Below, one piece after another: positions 1-11,759 of a DNA stretch of 64,000 bases (its first letter is position 1; each line of letters begins with the position of its first letter). The position numbers and the translations under genes are program-made. The notes below the pieces were generated by a model. That model made no database searches. It was not told where the DNA came from and was given only the letters and a program-made list of their open reading frames with translations. This DNA is from Octopus sinensis. Lineage: Eukaryota. Where the stretch lies: positions 5,456,001 through 5,520,000 of the forward strand of contig NC_043002.1 of the NCBI RefSeq assembly GCF_006345805.1. The letters are read 5' to 3'.

Positions 1-360
1 TTGAGAGATTACAAACTGATAGCCGAAAAAAAAAACAACAACAAAAAAAAAGTTTTAAGCCGATGATGGAACCCCCACGTAGTGGGTAGACTTCTTAGAA
101 TTATTAGCCAATTCTCCCTAAAATCAAATCCATTTTACATTAAAACTATGGAGGATATATTTGATAATGTAATCCTAGATACCACAGAATGCAAATTACC
201 AGAGTCGCCAGAGCGTTGGATGGTGCCGTGGGACATTTGTTCGACGCGCAGTATTCTATCTTGCTAAGGTCAACTTTGCATTTCCTCTTCTGGTGGTTGA
301 TAAATAAAATACCTGCTCAGGATGTGGACTGGCCGAATTGGTAAAGTTTTATACAGGATA

Positions 361-780
361 CCTATTTCTTTACTACCCACGAGGGGCTAAACACAGAGAG
401 GACAAACAAGGACAGACAAACGGATTAAGTCGATTATATCGACCCCAGTGCGTAACTGGTACTTATTTAATCGACCCCGAAACGATGAAAGGCAAAGTCG
501 ACCTCGGCGGAATTTGAACTCAGAACGTAACGGCAGACGAAATACCTATTTCTTTATTACCCACAAGGGGCTAAACATAGAGGGGACAAACAAGGACAGA
601 CATATGTATTAAGTCGATTACATCAACCCCAGTGCGTAACTGGTACTTAATTTATCGACCCCGAAAGGATGACAGGCAAATTCGACCTCGGCGGAATTTG
701 AACTCGGAACGTAACGGCAGACGAAATACGGCTACGCATTTCGCCCGGCGTGCTATCGTTTCTGCCAGCTCACCCCCGCC
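361..780 (-). mobile_element. SINE-A (tRNA-derived, Meta-domain-like), one full unit plus a partial tandem unit
   Basis: Head agctggcagaaacg.tagc, B-box gagttcaaattc, central gtcgactttgcctttcatc.tttcggggtcgat, tail aagaaatagg. Further copies at about 5897-6170(+), 15797-15985(+), 16047-16272(-), 24791-25010(+), 30074-30297(-), 38498-38710(+), 45542-45762(-), 56265-56470(-). Confidence 0.88.
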
Positions 781-1049
781 TTCTGCTCTATCCAAGATAT
801 TGAATGATTGATCACGACAACATAGAGCTTCATAGCAGTCTCAATTGTTTTCTCTTCTTTCTTTTTCTTTTTCCTTTTTTACTAGATACAATTACTGTAT
901 ATTTTTAGAATAGACAAAAATGCTATGACATGCTTTCTCGGGTGCATTACTTCAACTGAGAACAGAGTTTGAATCCCTATCCGCGTTTGATCGACCCTTG
1001 CCAACTGATCTATTTATTGAAAAATAAGCTTTTTTTATTATATACATAC

Positions 1050-1141
1050 CTTAGTTCCATCGCTCTCCCAGATCATGTTACCTTCTTTGGCTCGATCATT
1101 TAATCCAATCCATACATATTTTTTACGAAACCTCGTTGGAA
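1050..1141 (-). CDS. Exon j, CTLD3: PTRFRKKYVWIGLNDRAKEGNMIWESDGTK (gene continues beyond position 1)
   Basis: Acceptor ttatttttAG and donor GTATGT. 92 nt, phase 1 to 0. WIGLND-x-x-x-EG-x-x-x-W-x-SDG motif. Confidence 0.95.
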
Positions 1142-1189
1142 CTAAAAATAAAAGAAAATATATCTTTACTTTTCCATTAGGAAATCTCT

Positions 1190-1594
1190 TTCTCTTCTCT
1201 TTTTATTTGTTTCAGTCATTTTGACTGCGGCCATGCTGGTGCACTGCCTTTAATCGAGCAACTCGACACTGGGACTTATTCTTTTGTAAGCCCAGTACTT
1301 ATTCTATCAGTTTCTTTTGCTGAACCGCTAAGTGACGGGGACATAAACACACCAGCATCGGTTGTCAAGCAATGCTAGGGGGACAAACACAGACACACAA
1401 ACATACACGCACATACATATATATACATATATACGAAGGGCTTCTTTCAGTTTCCGTCTACCAAATCCACTCACAAGGCTTTGGTCGGCCCGAGGCTATA
1501 GTAGAAGACACTTGCCCAAGGTGCCACGCAGTGGGACTGAACCCGGAACCGTGTGATTGGTAGACAAGCTACTTACCACACAGCCACTCCTGCG
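1190..1594 (-). mobile_element. SINE-B (tRNA head, CORE-like ccttgggcaagt, internal (TA)n/(TG)n, AAAAGAG tail)
   Basis: A-box tggctgtgtggtaag and B-box ggttcagtccc. Other copies at about 18770-19145(-), 31063-31470(-), 36355-36610(-), 39410-39775(+), 48553-48972(-), 51241-51652(-), 59101-59217(+). Confidence 0.88.
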
Positions 1595-2321
1595 TAACAA
1601 GTATATGTTGAAAATAGCTTCAGTCCAGTAGAAACCGGAAGTAGGATCTACATCAGCGCCGTAGAAACATTTCTCAGTATTATTTCTAACAACATGAAAA
1701 TAATTTATTATATACATTTGGCTGGTTTCTTTTTTTCATTTTTTTCTTGAATTATTTTTAGATTAGATTTGAAAATATGAGCCCCTGGTTAGTCCTAAAA
1801 GGGCAGGCAACTGTTCAAATTGTTCAGGTTCTGGCATTCCATTTCCTTTTTTTTTTTTAAATCAATTATTACATTGTTGAACGTATTCCTCTTTAAGGAC
1901 AATAGAAGAGAGTGATTTGAAGGATATTTGGTTGCTATTTCTTGCAGGATGAGTGGACGTGTAGAGGCTCCTAGATAAAAAACTAATTTCATGGGAGATC
2001 AAGAAAAGAATTGACTTCTTTAAAAGCTAAACGTGGATCAACGGCATATGTATGTGAAAGAAAAATCAATCAGAGCATTTCGTGAGAACATGAAAAGAAA
2101 TACAAGAATACCAGTGACCATTTTTTATGGTCAAAATTAGTTGGAATTTGATTAAGAAATGTGAGTTATGTGGCGTCATAACTGGAGGGAGGGCGAGGAT
2201 GCCTGATGGAACGGTGCATCCAAAAAAGCATTCCCCACTACTTCCTCGCCCCACTTTCATTGTGAACCCAACATGTAGTCGTCATGGCAACAATAACCTG
2301 CCAAACAGAAGGAACAGCAAC

Positions 2322-2592
2322 AAGCTCCACGAGGCTCCGGCAGAGGGTGGGGGTGGCGACCCCTGTTGTACTCTTTCGCTCCAACTTTCTCTCACTCTTT
2401 CTTCCTGTTTCTTGTCCCCGACTTCCTACGCAACCGCTGAGCCTGGATGCGCATTCATCCATCCGTCGATGCTCTCGGTGTCGGGGGGTTGACCTGCTTT
2501 CTTTTCTGCGGGTCTTACGAATAGCAAAGGACCACGTTTCGGACTTCTACCCCTAATGGGACGAAGACCGCTTCGCTCAACAACAGCAACAA
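2322..2592 (+). mobile_element. SINE-C, 5'-truncated
   Basis: Matches the body of the 18064 copy. Flanking direct repeat aacagcaacaagct. Confidence 0.88.
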
Positions 2593-3624
2593 GCTGTCAA
2601 ACCCCACCAACACCAACACCTCAAAGAGAAAATATGGTACTTTTTTTTAGACTGCGAATAGGCGAGTTTCTCAAGTGACGGAGAAAATGCTTTGCGAAAT
2701 TGATTCTGACTCCTTGCTCTCTGAGTTCAAATACTACTGAGGCCAACTTTGTATTTCATCATTCCAGGATTGATAAATAAAGTACCACCAAGGGTAGTGG
2801 CCTGGTGGGATTATTAAGCGTCCCATCGGATACTTCTCGGTTTTGTTCTGGTTCTTTTGAGTTCAAATCACTCCATGGTCTATTTGGCTGGTAGACATAA
2901 ACTAATTGAAAATCCGTCAATCAGTTTAATTCCACCTCCTAGTCATCTGGTAACCTAGTTCTTGAACGTCTTAAGCAACGTCCATTCTGTAACAAGCATT
3001 CGAGCCAGGTCTTTGGTTCCTGAAAGCTTCACGGCCATCGTCCTTCCTAACTACGTGATAAAATGTCTTGGGTTTCCAGAAAGAAAATCAGCGGAAATTA
3101 CGAGCTCCAGTGTCTGTCGAGTTTATGAAGTTTTCACTCTGTGTTGTTCACATATGCACAATATTGTTTTTGCTATTGCAGTTATTTAGGTTTTGATCGA
3201 ATCGACCTATGATAAAAAGGCATTCTCGGCGCGACCACCCCGTCATATTTCTTTTCAGTCTCACGTTATCCAACACATTCCTTTATTAAGAAAGCAAGGC
3301 GTGATACAAAAATGGCTTAGCTACCTTTTCTATCAGGTTCAGCGAGACATAGAGACGAATTTCGGAATGGCACAAATATTGCAACGTTTCATTGATGTGT
3401 GCGGTGATAACTAGCTGTTAGTTGTTCCAGCCCACCTACATCTATGTTTAGTCGTGAGAAACTGGTTATTTGTGAGTTAACTGTCTTTGTTCAAATATAA
3501 AACGTTGCATGCAATCCCATGGCCTCTCAGCTGGCATTATGACATTTCCATTGAAATACAGTAGAATATCCAGTTTAGTGAGCAAAATCGTAGCCATCTT
3601 CAAACCCTTCACAACCACAAGAAA

Positions 3625-3910
3625 GGCGGCGAGCTGGCAGAAACGTTAGCACGCCGGGCGAAATGCTGAGCAGTATTTCGTCTGCCGCTACGTTCTGAGT
3701 TCAAATTCCGCCGAGGTCGACTTTGCCTTTCATCCTTTCGGGGTCGATTAAATAAGTACCACTTACGCACTGGGGTCGATATAATCGACTTAATCCGTTT
3801 GTCTGTCCTTGTTTGTCCTCTCTGTGTAGCCCCTTGTTGGTAGTAAAGAAATAGGTATTTCGTCTGCCGCTACGTTCTGAGTTCAAATTCCGCCGAGGTC
3901 GACTTTGCCT
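3625..3910 (+). mobile_element. SINE-A with partial 3' re-duplication; TSD ccttcacaaccacaa
   Basis: 15-bp direct repeat at 3606-3620 and 3908-3922. Confidence 0.88.
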
Positions 3911-4236
3911 TCACAACCACAAAAATGCCATTAGGTGCATATTCGTCGCTGGCATTGTTTAGATCGAAGTCAGTTTTGATCGAGAAAACTTATAATCAAA
4001 GGCATTTCAGCTACGACCATCTTGTCTTCATTTAAAACAGACTCCATTATCCAATGTAATATTTTAAAGATTGTAAAGTGTGATAAAGTGAAGGAGATTT
4101 AACTCCTTTTATCAACAATTTCAGCGACCGTGTAAAGGCTCGAAGTTCGTAAATTTTTGATAGAAAGGCAAATTCACAATCAAATAAACTGCTTTGCAAT
4201 TATTAATATTTTAACATATAAATAATTGGTACTCAC

Positions 4237-4395
4237 TTTTTAAAACTGACATGGCTGTACGCCCCGAAACTTTGATCAGATGAGCATTGTGCTTTTGACA
4301 AGCAATCTTGGCTGCAAGCCAAGTTAAAGATGCCGAAAAGAATTTGTAACAGTATTTAGACATGGCAAACCATCCAGGTGCGCAACTGTAATGTT
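4237..4395 (-). CDS. Exon i, start of CTLD3: HYSCAPGWFAMSKYCYKFFSASLTWLAAKIACQKHNAHLIKVSGRTAMSVLK(I)
   Basis: Acceptor ttttgcAG and donor GTGAGT. 159 nt, phase 1 to 1. C-x-x-GW...CYKF...TW-x-x-A-x-x-x-C signature. Confidence 0.94.
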
Positions 4396-4827
4396 CTGCA
4401 AAACAAAAAGAAAAATGTATTAAAAGAGCATCTTTTTAGTTTCTATAAATCGACAGTCATCCTCGCGAATCAATGGGATAAAATTCTTACGAGAATAGCT
4501 CGATCCGCTGAAAAGAAATTTTAAAAAAGATTCATTCAAATTGTATCCAGTCATCTTCAAACTGGATGAACACATCGGATAATGTAATCTTAGATAACAA
4601 TGTTTACAACAAAGACGGGATGGCCATGTCTGAAATACCTTTGACCATAGATGTGATTGACTAGTCCCTACCCCAGAATTTCAGGCTTTATGCCTCTTGT
4701 AGAAAGGATTATTATATCATTCAACATGTAGAGTATGATTATAGTTTCTCAAACCTGATTTGCACTGTTGTTTTAATCTCTAGAATAGTGGTTCTCTACT
4801 AGAATCCATACGACCCTTACAGATCCA

Positions 4828-5197
4828 TAGGAATTACAACCGTGTTTCGTGGTCTGCTACCACAACAGCTCCTTTATAGGATCCAGTTAGCTCAAGACAT
4901 CATCAGGAGGAACCACGTCCGGTTTCGGCCCCTACTCCTCTACCGTTTTGACGTGCCCCCCACCCCCACCCTTTCGAAGGTGTCTTCAGCTCTGGTGTTG
5001 GGTGCATGTCTTCTTTCTTCTTCTTTCTTCTGTTCCCTGGCCTCTTCGATGTATCGTCAGCGAGTGTCATCGGCGACTGACTGACTTGTTAAATTTTCCC
5101 CTTTAAATAGCTGCCGCTTGGCTCCAGCAGGCAGCCCCAGGTCAGCTGTGATTGGGAAACCTTTATGATTACCCTTAAACAGCGGGAAAGGGTTACA
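4828..5197 (-). mobile_element. Solo-LTR-like interspersed repeat, copy 1
   Basis: Minus strand starts TGTAACC and contains CCAAT and TATTTAAA. The sister copy ends ...AATTCCACA. Similar to inverted copy 7812-8095. Confidence 0.55.
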
Positions 5198-6317
5198 TGG
5201 ATGTGTGTGCCAAAAGGGCAAAAAAAAAAACAAGAAAAATATCTCTGTCCCTTGAGCGTAATTTTTATACTTATTTTCACTTTAAATAAGTACAAAAACT
5301 ATAATCTTACGCTCGATAAAATTTACAAATTTATTTAAAAAGGGCCGTAAAATATTCACCTCTTTTGATGATTGCCGTTGCCATGTAAAGGTTTTGAAAC
5401 GCAAATTGATGATTTTCTCTTTTTAAGTGTTAAAGCGTCCCAAATGTGACCGCACCATTTTGTTTCCAGGACTAGATTTATTCAATGCTTCCTTCCCTTT
5501 TTATGCTGTCTTTGTTGTTTTACAATCAGGCCAGCCCTAGAAGTACTGACCTATCAAAAATGCTTCCGTCATAATCCTTCAGTCCTTTCTTTTTTCAGTC
5601 GTAGTATATTTTCAGAACTGCAGATCTCAGGAATTTCATTGAAATTCTAGACTTTTAGCTAGCTAAGCTACAATGTATGGCAAGGTAACGTGCTTATCCA
5701 GCAGAAGATCATAATTTTCTCTGGTAGAAATATTAACAACCGAAAAGAATATATCATCTTACTTGTAAATGTTTATTTGGACGCTGAAATTTGAAGTCTC
5801 AAAGTAGAAAACAAAACCATATACTACATTAGTCTGCAGTCATTTAGTTTTGCGTTTTATCATTCTTGCTAATTCATCATTATTAAACAATACGAAGGCG
5901 GAGAGCTAACAGAATCATATAGCACGCCAGAAGGTAGATTTTGTCCGCTTTTACGACAGAAAGACGGAGAGCCGGCAGAACTGTTAGCACGCCGGACAAA
6001 ATGCTTAGCGGCATTTTGTCCATCCTTATGTTTTGTGTTCAAATTCCGCTGAAGTTCACCTTATTTTTCATCCTTTCGGGGTCGATGAAACAAGTGCCAG
6101 TTTGACATTGGGTCGATGTAATCGACTTACTCCTCCCTCAAAATTGCTGGCTTTGTGCAAAAAAACTTGTAGGTTTATAATACTGATCAACATTTCCTGT
6201 TATTAAGCGATTAAAAAAGAGCTAAATGGCTTGGCCCACTTGAGAAATAAGTGTCGAATTGATGGGACTGAAGCAGGCATACTCTTTATACATGCAAAGA
6301 CATAAATAAATATTTAC

Positions 6318-6425
6318 CCACGGGTTTCGCGACGTCTTTCACTTTGACATCTGTTGCAATTTTACAAACAAAAGCCCTCGCCTGAGAGCAGGCGTTATCT
6401 ACCACCCATCTGCCTTCAACATTAT
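6318..6425 (-). CDS. Exon h, end of CTLD2 plus linker: NVEGRWVVDNACSQARAFVCKIATDVKVKDVAKPV(E)
   Basis: Polypyrimidine acceptor ttattccAG and donor GTAAAT. 108 nt, phase 1 to 1. G-x-W...C...FVCK motif. Confidence 0.93.
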
Positions 6426-6614
6426 CTGGAATAAAGAATAAAGAATAAAATGAGCTAAATTTAAAAACAAAAAACTCTATTAAGTTCAGAAAATAATTCT
6501 TTTATGAGATTCGTCCCCATCGTTGTATAATGAGCGAACAAGAAAAACTCTACTTGGAGGGCGACTTACCTGCTAAAAATAGTAGCCTAATCTTCCTCAG
6601 GTCATATTCGGCAG

Positions 6615-6974
6615 CAGAGATTCTCAAACATTTTTTTATTTATGGACCCCTTTGATTACTATTTTATTCTGGTGAACCCCCGAAACCATTCAATGTTTAA
6701 AAACTAGTTTCATAGAAACTTCTTTCAAAATTCTTATTTTGTTATTCACCCATTCACCTGTGTAGGTTTACAATAACACTCATTGATGTTGAGCTATGTA
6801 AACATTAAAGAAAGAAACCTAGCTGTTTCTTGTAACACATACATTTGAAGAAAAAAATTTTCAGGGTCCCTTAAAATGCTATTGTGGATCCCAACTTTAC
6901 TCCTGGAGTGCATGAGCCCCCAAAATCTTGTATGGACATTCAGGGGTCATGTGGACCTCAATTGCGAACCACTG
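6615..6974. mobile_element. Degenerate hAT/Charlie-like MITE
   Basis: Termini cagagattctcaaac / gcgaaccactg and internal ggacccc-type subterminal motifs. Confidence 0.5.
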
Positions 6975-7171
6975 ATCTACAGTTTAAAAAAAAATAGGAT
7001 GACATGTTGGGTTAATATAGTTTTAGATACAATATCTTAAAAAATATTAACGGGATGGTCACAGCTGGAATGTCTTTGGTCCCGGGTCTGCTCAATCAGA
7101 GTTCACATGGGTGAAAGTAAACAACAATGACAACGACGACGATGACGGAACTACTTATTGTTCTTTATGCT

Positions 7172-7556
7172 TGTTTGTTTGTTTGTTTGTTTGTTGAGCG
7201 AAGCGGTCTTCGTCCCAGTTGTGGGAGAAGTCCGAAACGTGGTCCTTTTCTATTCGTAAGACCCACAGAAGAGAAAGCAGGTCAACCCCTGACACCAAGA
7301 GCATCGACGGATGTATGAATGTACATCCAGACTCAACGGTTGCGTAGGAAGTCGGGGACAAGAAACAGGAAGAAAGAGTGAGAGGAAGTTGGAGCGAAAG
7401 AGTACAACATGGGTCGCTACCACTCCCTGCCGGAGCCTCGTGGAGCTTTAGGTGTTTTCGCTCAATAAACCCACACAACGCCTGGTCTGGGAATCGAAAC
7501 CGCGATCCTCCGACCGCGAGTCCGCTGCTCTAACCACTGGGCCATTGCGCCTCCAC
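7172..7556 (-). mobile_element. SINE-C, full length
   Basis: Reverse complement of the 18064 copy. Confidence 0.88.
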
Positions 7557-7811
7557 TGCTCTTAATGCTTTACTACCAAGCTCCTCTATCTTTTTCTTTC
7601 TACCTCTCCTCCTCTTCTCTCTCTCTCTCTCTACTGTTTCTTCCTGGTATGTCGTCCGCTCTGTTTTGTTTATTCAGTAGTGCTAGAATACTTAACCATT
7701 TTTCTATTCACTTGTGTCCCACATCACTTTTGTAACAGTTTTGAAATCAAAATCTGGCTCTAAAATTTGCTAATCAAGAATGGTGCTTGAGTCTTCTCCA
7801 CGAGTCTTATA

Positions 7812-8095
7812 CGGCAGGTATTTAAAGGGAAAAATTTGACAAGTCAGTCAAGCGTCGATGGCACTCGTTGATGCTACACCGAAGAGGCCAGGGAACAGAA
7901 GAAAGAAGAAAGAAGACATGCACACAACACCAGAGCTGAAGACACCTCCGAAAGAGGGGGCCCTGCCACGCCAAAACGGTAGAGGAGTAGGGCCGAAACC
8001 GGACGTGGTTCCTCCTGATGATGTCTTGAGCTAAACTGGATCCTATAAGGGAGCTGTTGTGGTAGCAGACCACGAAACACGGTTGTAATTCCACA
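7812..8095 (+). mobile_element. Solo-LTR-like repeat, 5'-truncated copy 2 (inverted relative to copy 1)
   Basis: Reverse complement of about 4830-5117. Confidence 0.6.
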
Positions 8096-10221
8096 GTCAC
8101 AAAACCTTATCTAAGAAGGAAGAAGCTATAGGACAATATGAGGATGTAAATAAAATCAAAGAAAGAGAGAGATACAACTAGAAAGTGAAACGATGGCGTA
8201 GATTTAATCATTTTGGAGCTGTTTGCGACTACAATCATTACATATCAACTGGATACGTTGAATTTTTGGTGGGTGGGGAACTAGGCCCAAAGGCGTACAG
8301 AAATGGAAGTTGGGATAAGCATACCTTTCTCAAAGATATTAGAGGCATGAATAAAGTAGCTATAATGAGAGACCGAAACTATGTTGCATCCTTCGATGTC
8401 AGAGTTTCCAAGCCTCTCTATGCTGCTTGTCACCAAGCATGGGGGATAAATCAATTTTGTGGCATAGATACGAAGCCTCAAAGTTTTTCTCTTATAATGG
8501 GGGTGCGATTGGGGTACGGAAAGCTATAGTCAATTAATTCGACCTTAGTATTTGACTAGTACTTATTTTCCCGACCACAAAAGGATGAAAGGCAAAGTCG
8601 AATGTGGATGTGTAAGTTTTAACATTGAATGTAAAGGAACGTAACTAAATACCGAACTATTTACGCATACATAATGTCATAATCAAGCTAACAGATTCAA
8701 ATTGATTTCACGATGGGTAATATTGGTTTCACATTCTGGAACAAGGCCAACAATTTCGGGGCGGGACTAGTCGATTACATCGACCCTAGTGTTCAAATTG
8801 TTTGTCCCCTCTATGTTTAGCCCCTTGTGGGCAATAAAGAAATATATATTACATATATAACATCCTGCCATTTTTGTGCCTGCGTGTGTCTGAACGCGTA
8901 CAAACCGATGCATCTAAACCTGTCATTGTTGTCGTTTAGGCCCAGGTGAACTCAGATCTAGCAGACTTGGGATCAAATGCATTATAATCGTGACCATCGC
9001 GTCTTGCATTCTGGTATAAAGCTTGTTGTGGCAATCTTTTATTTAGACATAAATATTAGAAACATTAAGGTTTGATAAAATAAATAGAAAAGTGACCCAC
9101 TTGGAAGGATTCGAAACAGGTATCTGTAATATTTCATCTTACCGATGAAACAACAAACCCTCTATCATTTTATCTTTACAAGATCGATGTATATGACCAC
9201 ATTATACACCTGTAAGGTGTCGGGGTATTGTTTGAGAGAGATTTAGCTGCTAATTCTAACAGAGCGATCAAGTGGATTCTCACTGATTGGCTATATTGTA
9301 TCAGTGTATGATATCATTCAGTATGAAGCCACGTGATCCGGTACCAGTGCTGCGATCACGATCATAAGGCTGTGTGTTCGATTCCTAGACCGTGCGGTGC
9401 ATTGTGTGTCCTTCAGCAAGGCGCTTCTCTTCGGGTTGTCCCACTTTACTCAACTAAAAATGAGGTCCAGCTCCGAGTGCTTGAGTAGCTCTCCCAACCT
9501 GCTGAGATCACATCCCCAATGCTTCACAGGGACAAGGAGTGGGTGGGACCAAGAGGGTGTCCCTGTCTGCCAGCGGCTACATCGTCATCTATAATAGTTA
9601 GCAAGAGTATGGTACGTGTTTTTAGATCATACTCATATGTCAGTGACGGCTGTTTTTTTTTTATTTTCATTAATTTTGCAACCTCAGTTCAGATCCAACA
9701 GCTCGTTCCCAGACTTAATTCCCTGAGGCATTTGAACACTGGAGTAATCAATTATGAAGTTTACCATTAATATACGGGTCACTGCATTACATGTTCACTT
9801 CCAATCAGTGTTTAGAATGAGACACCTTCTCTAGGTGATTACCAACCAAGAGTAAAGATCACATCTAGACATGATACATAAATTATCTCCTGCCGGACGC
9901 CAACATGATACTCTAGTGGTTTTCACTAGGAGTCCGTAAACCTAGACAGGAGCCCTGAATCCAGAAATCGCCTCAGACAGGAGCTTTATTCCTTGAAGTA
10001 ATGCCTAAGATAAATGAAATGAAATAAATTAGTGACAGCAAACGATGAGATTATGATAACTTTGGTGCCATATGGTGGGAGAAAAATGCTCTGACAAGTG
10101 GGTGACGGGTCTGTTTTTTTTTAATCTTTTGCTTTAATATGACTACATTACATTGACTACACACAGTGCTAGTAATATCATATTGTATTAAAAAAAGGGA
10201 TAGAAAATCATTTTGACTTAC

Positions 10222-10338
10222 TTGTTTTGATGTGAACACATCGCGCATTATGCGTTTTTCTTGGTTTTCCATTTAAGGGCCAATTGGTAAAAGTTACGTT
10301 CTCACCATTATCCCATTCTGGTCTTCCCTCCATATCAA
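10222..10338 (-). CDS. Exon g, CTLD2: DMEGRPEWDNGENVTFTNWPLNGKPRKTHNARCVHIKT(N)
   Basis: Acceptor ttactgtgcAG and donor GTAAGT. 117 nt, phase 1 to 1. W-x-NG...FTNW...P...C motif. Confidence 0.92.
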
Positions 10339-10659
10339 CTGCACAGTAAAAATAACAATATCAAAAAAGAAAACGACAAAAAAATGAGCAAAAGAAGAAA
10401 AACAAACAGTTCAGGGAAACTAGTTGTAGTCTGTGTTGGAAAAAAATCATTTAGTGATGCAAAATTCGCTACATTTTTATGCTGTGGGATGCGAAAATAT
10501 TGACATTTCGGTATCTTGAGTGAAGTTCATTCCTAAGAAGGACTTTACTTGAACGATCAATATTTTTGCATGTATTCAGATTTGAAGAATTTCTTTAACA
10601 CTACCGTATGGGGATTTTTCACCAAGTTTATGGATTGCATGATATATTCTCTTTTTCTT

Positions 10660-11745
10660 TACACAGGATGAATTTTGATTTGTCTCTGTCCCTTTTACTG
10701 GAAAAGATCCAGTAAAAGGGACAGCGTCAAATCAAAATTCAAGAGTTGTTGAAGACCTAGCAAAAGAAAATACTGGTCGCAATATAACTTGTGATAAATA
10801 TTTTTCCAAGTCTAGGATTGGCTTGAGAACAAGAAAACTCCTTTAGTTGGAACAGTTAAAAAGAACAGAGTGGAACTTCCAAGTGCTTTCACAAATGGAA
10901 AAGAAAGAGAAATCAGCAGCAGCACAATATTTAAATTTCAAAAGGGTTCTATGATCCTATCTTATTGTCCCAAGAAAAATTATGTTGTCATATTTATGAG
11001 TACAATTCACTCTCAGCCTTCAATTGATTCAAAAAGTGCTGAAAATAAACCTGAAGTTATTACATGTTGCAACAAAACAAAAGGAGGAGTAGATACCCCA
11101 GATAAGATGGTAAGGTCATGCGCTTGCAAAAGAATGGCTCGAAGATGGCCTATGGTTATATTCTACGACATGATTGATATAAGTGCAGTGAATGCTTTCA
11201 ATGTTGCTAAATAGCTTCACTTGTAAAGCTTTGAAGATAAGAGAAGACAGTGCTTAATTCAGTTAGGAAAGGAACTTGCTGGAGTTAATGCTAAACTAGG
11301 ATCTGACAAACAATCTTCTAGTTCCGCTTACATTTCTCAACCAAATAAGAAAAGACGATCTTCAATCTCATTTGAGATTCCTCAGCCAAAGAAAAAGGGA
11401 AGATGTTCTTTGTGTGGCCCCCAAAAAAGACAGGAAAACACGTACTACATGTAAGAATTGTAATATCCATGTTTGCCAAGAATATTCCAATGTTGTCTGC
11501 ATTCACTGCCATGAAGAACGGTAATTCTATATTCGTGTAATTTTTAAAATTTATAATATATTCTGTAAGCTGTATTTATTTATCAAAATTTGTGAGAAAC
11601 AGTAATTCTTCATTCACCTGATAGCATATATAATGTAGCTAAAAAATAGTGGTGGTTTGAATAAAATTTAATTAAAAGAAAAATATTGGGTCCATTGGGC
11701 CAAGTTGGTAATTAGTGACATACATGTTCTCTGGTAGACCAAGGG
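10660..11745 (+). mobile_element. Decayed piggyBac element (PGBD-like transposase pseudogene) with right end
   Basis: GRNITCD-like motif near 10775. ORF 10870-11214 has KPEVI..NKTKGGVD..D.MV...RRWPMVIFY.MIDI. Cys-rich tail (RCSLC..TCKNCNIHVCQE..C..C) at about 11400-11515. End AGGG followed by TTAA at 11746-11749. Frameshifts and stops present; left end not found. Confidence 0.88.
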
Positions 11746-11759
11746 TTAAGGGCAGATTT

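Noticed and set aside
1362-1563. Recurrent peptides EDTCPRCHAVGLNPEP and LIDPERMKGKVDLGGI
   Set aside because: Antisense translations of SINE-B and SINE-A.
7930-8095. CUGAAGA...GAAACCGGAC and CUGAUGA...GAAACACGGUU in the LTR-like repeat as hammerheads
   Set aside because: The first lacks a UH cleavage site and neither has a pairing stem I.
8185-8529. 114-aa plus-strand ORF
   Set aside because: No recognisable motif or splice structure; GTG start; consistent with chance.
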